Assembly: GCA_910587225.1 (NCBI GenBank)
Contig: CAJULT010000002.1
Coordinates: forward strand, 26,963-90,962
Reading direction: 5' to 3'
DNA: 64,000 nt
Source: an uncultured Christensenellaceae bacterium
Lineage (GTDB): Bacteria > Bacillota > Clostridia > Christensenellales > UBA1242
Shown here: positions 9,050 to 17,900 of the stretch, one piece after another
Layout of the letters: every line of letters starts with the position of its first letter
How positions within the stretch are numbered: the stretch's first letter is position 1
Program-made: the position numbers and the translations under genes
Notes under the pieces: model-generated
What the model was told of the DNA's origin: nothing
Database searches by the model: none
Seen by the model: only the letters and a program-made list of their open reading frames with translations

Positions 9050-9361
9050 ATGTCTTTTTTATTGGCACTTGATTTTAAATTTTTGGGCGGATATGCATGG
9101 CTTAACGATGTCTATGAATATTTACCAATCATACTTTATATAATCCTTGCCCTTGTAGGCGGCGCAGGAACAGTTTATGCGATTATACTAGGCATTAACC
9201 TTGCAAAAGCGGACAGCGAGGACAAGCGTAAACAAGCTGCAAACAGACTTAAAAATACAATTGTGGGCGTTGCAGTGCTATTAGTGCTAGTTTTATTTAT
9301 AAACCTACTTCTTCCACTCATTCTTAAAGCAGCCCTTCCCCCAGAGTACATAGGTAAATAA
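9050..9361 (+). CDS. Small two-TM membrane protein, paralog B
   Basis: AGGAGA RBS 6 nt before ATG 9050. 103 aa. Shares the core LYIILALVG-AG--Y-I-LGI-LA-A...R..A..L...I..VAV-L-LVLF-N-LLPLI-K with 8552-8884. Confidence 0.7.
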   Translation: MSFLLALDFKFLGGYAWLNDVYEYLPIILYIILALVGGAGTVYAIILGINLAKADSEDKRKQAANRLKNTIVGVAVLLVLVLFINLLLPLILKAALPPEYIGK

Positions 9362-9368
9362 AATAATA

Positions 9369-9395
9369 AAACCTACCCTAATGGTAGGTTTTTTT
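9369..9395. terminator. Bidirectional terminator
   Basis: CCTACC-CTAAT-GGTAGG hairpin with A-rich 5' and T7 3' flanks. Placed to serve paralog B (+) and tRNA-Ser (-). Confidence 0.8.
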
Positions 9396-9398
9396 GTT

Positions 9399-9486
9399 TG
9401 GCGGAGAGTGGCGGATTCGAACCGCCGAAGGCTTGCACCTTACCAGTTTTCGAGACTGGCACATTCGACCACTCTGACAACTCTCC
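9399..9486 (-). tRNA. tRNA-Ser (anticodon CGA)
   Basis: Reverse complement is GGAGAGTTGTCAGAGTGGTCGAATGTGCCAGTCTCGAAAACTGGTAAGGTGCAAGCCTTCGGCGGTTCGAATCCGCCACTCTCCGCCA. It has a long variable arm, anticodon loop CTCGAAA and an encoded CCA. Confidence 0.95.
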
Positions 9487-9512
9487 AAATTTAAACAGAC
9501 AAACGCCTGTTT

Positions 9513-10451
9513 TTATTTCAACTGCAATTTATCAAGCTTTTTGACAGCCTCAAAGAAAAGTGCATGCATTTTGCGTCTATTTACTTTTACTGCCAGTTCG
9601 ACATGACCGTTCTTATCTTTTTTCATGTCTGTTCGCCCCGGCAGATCAGTTGTATTTACATTCACACTCACTTTAACAGTCTTAAAAAGCTCAGGATAAC
9701 GCAAACACAGCATAGCGCAAGTATCATTTGTCGCAATACGCTTATCCGTATATCCATGCTCCCAATAACCGTTATACATGTCATACAAAAACTTACCTAC
9801 TGCGTTAATTTTGCCGATATACTCAACTTCCTGTTCGGTAAAGTTTGCAAGGTCGCGTCCCATTCTTGAAGGTACGATAGTCACAGGAATGCCTGACTGC
9901 ATAACAATTTGAAGTGCTTCTGGGTCACTCGACGCGTTAAAAGAGCGATAGTGTTTCCATCTGCCCTGTCCATGCCAACCATAAGGCGCGCATCCTTCGG
10001 TATAGATATGGTCAATCATAGGTATTACATCAGGATGCTTGGTTAGTAAATTCCCTAAGTTAGTATGAGGGCCAAGTTCCACTATTGAAATGTTGTTTTT
10101 ATACTTTTTAATAGTCTGATACATTGCCTCAACAGCGTCAGTTTCAATAGGTTTGGTTTTAACCGTTCTTGGTGGCTTATATCCCCCCATACCATCCGAC
10201 TGATGAATAAAGCTTGCATCAGGGCTTGTCCTTTCCATAGCTTTCTTAGCACCTTTGGCAACAGGAATATCAGTCCTACCAAACTTTTCAAGAAGGTGCA
10301 AAGCATTTCGCGTAACCATGTTAAGCGAAACATTTCCGTTAACGGTGGTGATAAGTTTTATATCCAAAAACTCATCATAAAGAGAAAGTGCGATTGCCGC
10401 GCAATCGTCAACTCCGGGATCTGTATCAATAATAACAATTTCTTTTGCCAT
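9513..10451 (-). CDS. Nucleoside hydrolase (inosine/uridine-preferring family)
   Basis: N-terminal IIDTDPGVDDCAAIAL is the DxDxxxDD motif. 312 aa, typical of the IUNH family. Confidence 0.85.
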   Translation of the reverse strand: MAKEIVIIDTDPGVDDCAAIALSLYDEFLDIKLITTVNGNVSLNMVTRNALHLLEKFGRTDIPVAKGAKKAMERTSPDASFIHQSDGMGGYKPPRTVKTKPIETDAVEAMYQTIKKYKNNISIVELGPHTNLGNLLTKHPDVIPMIDHIYTEGCAPYGWHGQGRWKHYRSFNASSDPEALQIVMQSGIPVTIVPSRMGRDLANFTEQEVEYIGKINAVGKFLYDMYNGYWEHGYTDKRIATNDTCAMLCLRYPELFKTVKVSVNVNTTDLPGRTDMKKDKNGHVELAVKVNRRKMHALFFEAVKKLDKLQLK

Positions 10452-10530
10452 AATTTACCTCTATATTACTATATTATAAATCGCCCACAAAAACAAACAA
10501 ATTTGGCTCTTTATGGCAAAATTACATTTA

Positions 10531-11592
10531 TTAACTAAAAAACTTTTCGTTATACACTACGCACTTATCAGTTGGTTTAAGCTTTTTTGCAATGTTATGA
10601 TAGTGTTTTGCACGCTTTTTTTGACCTTTGCGGTAATAACAAACGCAGAGCTGCAAAGCTGGCGTAAAGTCATAGCAATCAGTTATCACAAATCCACCCT
10701 TCTTAATATTAGGATGAAGCACTCTTGCCAGTTTAAACCAATATATAGCTTCATCATACCTTTCAAGCGTGATATATATCGCTCCTATCTCACAAAGGAC
10801 TTCCCCTCTTGGAAGTGCCATTTGGAAGGTTCGGAAAAGGCTACCAAGTGCCTTGTCATAATCTTTTTCCATTTGATAACAACGAGCAAGGTTAAGACAT
10901 GCTTCAATGTTATTTTCAATCCAACCATTTTTAGAGGCTAAGAATGCTTCGAACTCATTAATTGCCGCATTTATTTGTCCGTTAAAGTAAAGCTCCCTTG
11001 CATAGTAAAATTGCTGACGCGGCGAAAGCTTGTTTCCTTTTTCAATAAACTTTTGATAAATTCGCAGGTTTCGCCCCTTTGCTGACGGTTTTTCTTTACA
11101 GTGATAAATTTGCACATTCATATATTCAATTTTCCCACGCGGCACAATCACTTCATGCACTGGATCTTGCCACTGAAAATTCTTATCTCGCCTTACAAGA
11201 CGCTCACGATAAAAAGAGAACTCGGGCTTTAAATCTTTTGAAAATGCTGTCACATATTTTAGCATGTATACATCAGTGTCACTTGGCCGCGAAAGTTTAA
11301 AATCCCAAATCTTTAATATGTCATCATCAAAGATTACGTCATCTGCATCTAACCACATGATATAGTCACGCGTTGCTTTAGAAAATGAAAAATTGCGAGC
11401 GGCAGCAAAGTCGTCTATCCACTTGAAATCATAAACCTTATCAGTATATCTTTTGGCAATTTCACGGGTATCATCAGTAGAGCCAGTATCTACAACTATA
11501 AGCTCATCAGCAAACTTTTTTACGCAATCTAGACATCTGGGCAAAACTTCTTGTTCATCCTTAACGATTAGACACACACTAATTTGGTTCAT
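10531..11592 (-). CDS. Family-2 glycosyltransferase with C-terminal TPR repeats
   Basis: GT-A motifs SVCLIVKDEQEVL, VVDTGSTDDT and WLDADD, followed by TPR-like helices (YYARELYFNGQINAAINEFEAFL...YDEAIYWFKLA). Confidence 0.8.
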   Translation of the reverse strand: MNQISVCLIVKDEQEVLPRCLDCVKKFADELIVVDTGSTDDTREIAKRYTDKVYDFKWIDDFAAARNFSFSKATRDYIMWLDADDVIFDDDILKIWDFKLSRPSDTDVYMLKYVTAFSKDLKPEFSFYRERLVRRDKNFQWQDPVHEVIVPRGKIEYMNVQIYHCKEKPSAKGRNLRIYQKFIEKGNKLSPRQQFYYARELYFNGQINAAINEFEAFLASKNGWIENNIEACLNLARCYQMEKDYDKALGSLFRTFQMALPRGEVLCEIGAIYITLERYDEAIYWFKLARVLHPNIKKGGFVITDCYDFTPALQLCVCYYRKGQKKRAKHYHNIAKKLKPTDKCVVYNEKFFS

Positions 11593-11918
11593 AAATTACT
11601 CCTAAACTATCTTTATGAAAGCAGAAAAATATGTGTGAAAAATAAATAAAAATTAAAAAAATAACCATTTTTTAATAATTTTTTTCGCATTTTTATTAAT
11701 TTTTTATTTAATTTTTAATTAATTATTAAATTTAAAAAATTAATTTAATTAAAAAAATATTTATTCCCCTTATTTTTCGGGCAAAAATAATGCTAAAAAT
11801 TAGGTATAATATTTATATATTATATAAAAATAATAATATTAAATAATGCAAAATATTTGGTTTTTCGCGGTCAATGTGTTAAAATCTTTTTATCTAAAGA
11901 AAGGAAAGAGGTGGGGTT
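11593..11918. promoter_or_regulatory. Extremely AT-rich divergent intergenic region (promoters of the GT2-TPR gene and the giant surface protein gene)
   Basis: 326 bp of almost pure A/T with phased A/T tracts and TTAATTAA-type palindromes. Candidate -10 elements are TATAAT near 11806 and an extended TGTTAAAAT near 11876. GAGGTGG RBS before ATG 11919. Confidence 0.5.
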
Positions 11919-14900
11919 ATGTTTAAATATAAAAAACTATTTTCTCTCATATCAATTGTGACGCTCGGCACTCTAGGTCTGGGCGCTGGTCTTTTGACCA
12001 AAGATTCACAAAGCGCAAGTGCAGAATTTGCCGCGAGCGTTCCGTCTATCAACAAGACTGAATATGAATTTTTGGATGTGAATACATCATCGCTTTCTCG
12101 TTACGAAAAATCTCATGACAACTCCTACCTCTTTGTAAACCCTTCCGAACAAGTTTCTTTAAATATTGCAAACAATGAAGTAAAAATTAAAGCTGAAGAA
12201 AACAGCGGGAAAGACTACTACACAAATTATGCATATATGCCTGATGAAACAAACCCTAATGATTACACCTATTTCAACTTTGACGCCTCTACCATTGCCC
12301 TCTACTACGATACTGACGCTGATGGTGCAGCTAGTAAAGTTTCCAGCGGCAGCGACAACCTTTTCGCTTTACTTGATAAATCAAAATTCTTTGAGTCGCA
12401 CAACGACTCTAAATACATACCAACCTATGACCTTATGCCTCAAAGGTTTGAAATGAATTTCAGCTTAAATGTGGCAAACACGGAAATTACACAAACAGGC
12501 AACGAAGTCGTTTTAGACAGAGAAGGACTATATACATTAGTTCTTCCTTACACTAAATATCACACTTCTAACGGCGAACAAACTTTTGACGCGCCAGAAG
12601 GCGGAACGCTGTACTACACCTTTACCGCTTTCAACTACCTCACCTACTTCACAAACTCAAACCCTAACTTGACCGTAAATACTGAGCAGGCAGGTATTGA
12701 AAAACGAACACTTACTACAAGCCTTACCCATTCAGCAAGTTATTTCTACAACTACTCAGGCACAGATAACGAGCTTCCAAACTTTAGTTACAATCCAAAC
12801 CGTTACCAAGTGATCATCACCTATTACAAGACGGAAGGCAAAAATACCATTACATACAAATCTAAAATCGAATATGACAAGGCAAGCAAAACCATATCTC
12901 ATAAAGAAGCCGACCCGCTCAAAGCTGGCTATGGGGAAGAGCTTGCCGAAAAAGACAGACTTGTAGACGCTTACATCCCAAGCGAAGGGAATGAGCAAAA
13001 CCTACACCTTGTATTTAACAATCTTGGTGAATACGACCTTCAATTTGATTATATCTATGTTGCGGGAGATAACACAATTTACACCCTCCCACTTACAACT
13101 AAAAGACAAAAGGTTTTCTGCTATGGCTATCAAGTTTCTTACACCGACTATGAAACCGAAGACTCTAGCAGCGGCGTTATGGCTGAATCTAAGGAACTTA
13201 AAACAGTAGTAAATGGCAAAATCGAAGAAAGCGCAGATATTACCTACCTTGTAAACACCACAGGACTTCATCAACATAGTTCCGATGCATACTCTATTGA
13301 TGCAATTAAAGAAAAAGCACAAAATTTTATACAAGCAAGAAATCTTAGTACCACTGGTGACTATCATATTAATCCTATTTCAACAAACCAAGTACCTATT
13401 AAGTTTAGTTCTAACGTGAAAAGAAGCACGTACGACACCAAAACCGAACTTGGCGGAGCAAAGATTTACAAAGTTGATAAAGATAGAAATCTCGTCGACG
13501 AAGACGATTTTGATGGTACAAATATCAACGAGCCTGGTACATATCTAGTTATCATTGACTACACCTTTGATAGTTACGCTGGCGACAACGGTGCGCCAAG
13601 AAACACCTATCACCACTATCAAGTGCTATATTTTACAGTCAGAAATAATATTCCGACAATCAGCGTTTACGACCAAGCTGGAAAACCAATTCATACACTC
13701 AATCCTGAGCAAGGTCAAGGTTATACAAATCAAAATGTCTACATCATTGATGAAAATGCTGAGCTCGACTATGACGCAAAATCAATTATTACTATCTCTG
13801 CCGAAGATTTTAGCGGAAATGTTATCATCCCTGAAACCAATATCAAAAACTTTGTAGGAAGTTATTACAGCGGCATACACTATGAAGAACAGTTTGACGA
13901 CACTCCTGCCCACCCAGCAAGCGGCAAAACTGTGCTATGGATTGAAAGTGGTTTAGCTCCTAACGCAAAATACACAGTAAGAGTTACCTCTACTGCAATC
14001 ACCGATTATTCAAGCAGACAATTTATTATTGATACCTCTTCAATTAGCGGGCTTTCAGCAAACTATGTTGAATATGTGGCAAATTCAAGTTACAAAGCGC
14101 GCGACACAATTGTCACCTATAATCAAAACAATATTGCGCAAAATATTGGACTATCTAACCAACCTATTATTTTCAGTTGGCAACCAAAATTGAGCGGAGC
14201 TAACACTTATGGCTACTATCAATTCTACCCTATTGAAAGTTTAAACTATTATTCACACTCAAATGACTCCTCTCTTCTTGATACATTACTTTATAGCTTA
14301 GAAAAACCTATGCTCCCTACCGAAAACAAACTTGAACTCACCGAGTTAAAAGATTGGGATGAATACAAAAATGCTAAGGATGTGCTTCAAAAATATGTTC
14401 CTGAATCTTATGTTCGTTCACAAGCCGGCTTATATATCTTTGAAGTTTACGACGACGCAGGCAACAGCAGCGTAATTATCACCTTACTTGATAACACAAA
14501 TCCTATATTTGTTAAAAAGGCAACCCCAAAAGACGGCAGTTTTGATGAATGGACTGTTCTTTCTTCAAGCGACACCATTGCTGCAACTGACGCTTACGCA
14601 CAAACTCAAATCCTTTGGGGCAAATACAAAGGGCTATACATCAACTACAATCAAAATACTAATCCTCTTTTCTCAACTGAATTAAAACATGCAAATAATG
14701 CGGAAATACCTGAAAGTGATAACAATGACAACTTACAACAAACTATAAAAGCATTCTTTGATAGTTTCGTTGAAACGCTTTCTATAGACTCACTTGCAGG
14801 CAGCCCTCCAGATGGCACTATTAACAGTTATGACGGAGATTATATCCACATTGCAATAGCAAACAACTTCTTCGCTAAGCATGCCGAAGACAGCGAATAC

Positions 14901-17900
14901 AAACCATTGTCTGGTAATTCCTATTCAATCACCCTGCTTCGCAATGATGAAGCAATTGAAGGTACTTATAGCATTCTTCTTCGTGACAGCTCAAACAGCC
15001 AAGGGGCTAACAACGAGCATGGATTCCTCAACTACCCAAGTGGAAACGCAACTATTACCGTCACAAGTGACGCGTCAAGACTTGAAGTGGTTATACCAAA
15101 TGGTGACGGAGAACTCACCCCACTTATGAAAGAAGGTTACACCCTTTCGGGCAACTTCTATTCTCATACTAAAAAACTCAATAACGATACTGGGGAAACA
15201 GAAACTAAAATCAATAAAAATCCTGAACAGGAAACGGACGACATAAGTTGGGAAAGCACTAGTGACAGATTCAAATATAGCTATTATCAACCAACTAAGA
15301 CAACAAAATCATTATCTCTTTCATACATTCCTCGCCCTGTAAATGGCAGCGAAGTTGAAAGTATAGAGGTAGAGTATTATGCTCCATCTACATCCACGAC
15401 TGCTTTTGAAACAAAGCCAAGTGGGTCAAAAGATGAGGTGGCAGAAAAAATCACCTATATTACCTACGAAAATGAACCGACCACTAGAATTCCTGTTTAT
15501 CCTATTTCAACAGAAACCAATATTACGGAAGGAAAAGCATATACTTTTGATTTAGCCCTTCAAAGTGGAAAAGAGGTATCTGACGGAAAATATGTAATTA
15601 CCCGTAAATACAAAGCAGGCTCAGAACAAATTATCAAGGAGTCTTACGACTTCTTTGAAAGAACATTAACTCTTATCATTGATAGAGAAAATGTTATCTC
15701 CTACCCTCAAGATGTAAGTACAAAGGACAAGAATGGCAAAGATCAGTTTTCTTCTCAATCCTATATCGGTGCTGACATTCTTCTTAGTATGTACTCAGAA
15801 GCGGAGCAAGGTGGCATCAATGTTTCCTTCCCTACCTTAAATGAATATGGGCTTAACTCTGGCTTATTATTCTCAAGCCAAACATCAGAGGATGCTGATA
15901 TTACTCCAAGACTTTACACAAACAAGCTTCCTCTCACCCTTAATGTCCCTGCCTATAAATATACAATGGGACATAAATACATTGAAGGAAATTCCTACTC
16001 AACCGAATTTAACAATCTTCTTAATACTATGGGTGATTCCCGAATTGAACCATTCAAAGAAAATGGAGTAACTTCTTACAAAGTTTATGTTGAAGGTATT
16101 CTTGCACAAACCTTTGATAACGAATCCGAAGCGCTAGCATATCTTGCTAAAACTCAAATGGTTTCTATGAAACTTACAGTTGAAGTGGCTTATAATGGAG
16201 AGGAAGAATTTTATAAGTCTAACGGGACACAATCAAACGGATACCTTAACTTATATAAAGTAAATTCATTATTTGAAACCCCTACTTCGTCAACTCCTGC
16301 AAAATTCACCAAACCGGGAATATATGATGTAACAATTCATCAAGCTTATGGCACAGGATCAATAGGTGAAGACTTTAAATCAAGTTATCGTTTCCGCTTT
16401 GAAGTAACCTCAACTAAACCTGAGTTTACTCTAAAAAATGCGGATGGAAAAGTTTTACAAAGTGCACCTGGAAAAGCAGGCACTGAAACATACTATACAA
16501 ATACAGATGAATTAACTGTTGAATGGGAAGACCCTACAAGTCCATACCTTGCAAAAATAAATAAAGGGAATATTCGCGTATTTGCTAATAACGTTTGGAC
16601 GACTATATCTGCCGAAAATATTATTACTTCTGGAAATCATCACCACTTTAAACTTAATTGCAAAGACTTAACAAAAGGCAACGCAATACAGATAGTCATG
16701 GAATTCGAGGGACATGACAGCTATTATCAAAAGACAACGAAAGAAATTGTTTTTGATAAAACTGCTCCATTACAAAATCTCAATAGTCTTATTTCAAAAG
16801 TAACAAGTGCATACCCTACTTTCGACGCTATATACATTCAAACACATGCAAGAAAGCTATTTACAGCAGACGGCACAACCGAAATTAGACTTGACGACTT
16901 GTTGGATGAAAGATATCTTGAAACCAGATTGGAAGAAGTTGGCTATTCTTACACAATTGAGGAAAATGAGCTTACTAATTACGCATATCTTGTAAACGAA
17001 AAATATTTCAATTTATTAAAAGAAAGTTTAAAATCAAACAGTAATTACGATTGGAAAAGCGCAGATTCAATCTACTTCCGTGAAATTAAAAACTATAAAG
17101 AATATACTCAAACTAAAGGTACTTTTAATGAAGAGAATTACTTTAAAGTAAAAGATATTGATGAAAACTTTACAATTAACAACGCAGGTTACTACGAAGT
17201 TATAGAAACCGACTACGCAGGCAATATGACCGTTTATGTAGTGTATGTCGCTGGACAAGGTGAAAAAGATTATAAAGATAATAAAAAAGGTATTACTTAC
17301 GAAAACAAACTCACAATAAACTCCGGCGAAAATGCTTGTTTCTCTGACGAGTTTATTGAAAGTCAAAAAACAATTTATAGCGATACTCAATTTAAAGCAA
17401 CTAGCCTTAACTACCGTGGTGACGAATGGGGCATATATGAAATTGAATTGTATGGCATAAAAAGAGTGTACATGAGAAGCCCGCATCTTAGCGATGGTGA
17501 AATTTACCAGGTAATGGGCAGGAAATTCAAAACAGTTAGCATAAATTCTATATTTAATAATATTACTCACAACACTCGCCTACAGAACCTTAAAGTTTCA
17601 AATCGCGCAACGGGAATTAATTATAATGTTAAGCTTGCCTTTATGGATAATACTGAACTATATTATAAAGTAACGGACGCTGAAAAGAGTGTTGTTCTCA
17701 CAATCAACATGCCTAACGCAAACACAATTGCCTCAATGGGCTGTGTATACCCTGTATCTATTAAAGTTGAAAATTATCTCGATGAATGGAACGAACTTGA
17801 TACATTATCATATCCTAACTGGACAAGCTCAAATAAAAACATTATTGTAACTACTCTTGGCAATAACTTAGTAATTACTGCATCTATTGGCAGCTCAAAT

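Noticed and set aside
11593-11918. The AT-rich 326-bp region as a possible replication origin.
   Set aside because: I found no DnaA-box-like 9-mers (TTATCCACA/TGTGGATAA or one-off variants) by eye, and no dnaA/dnaN nearby. It is better explained as a divergent promoter region.
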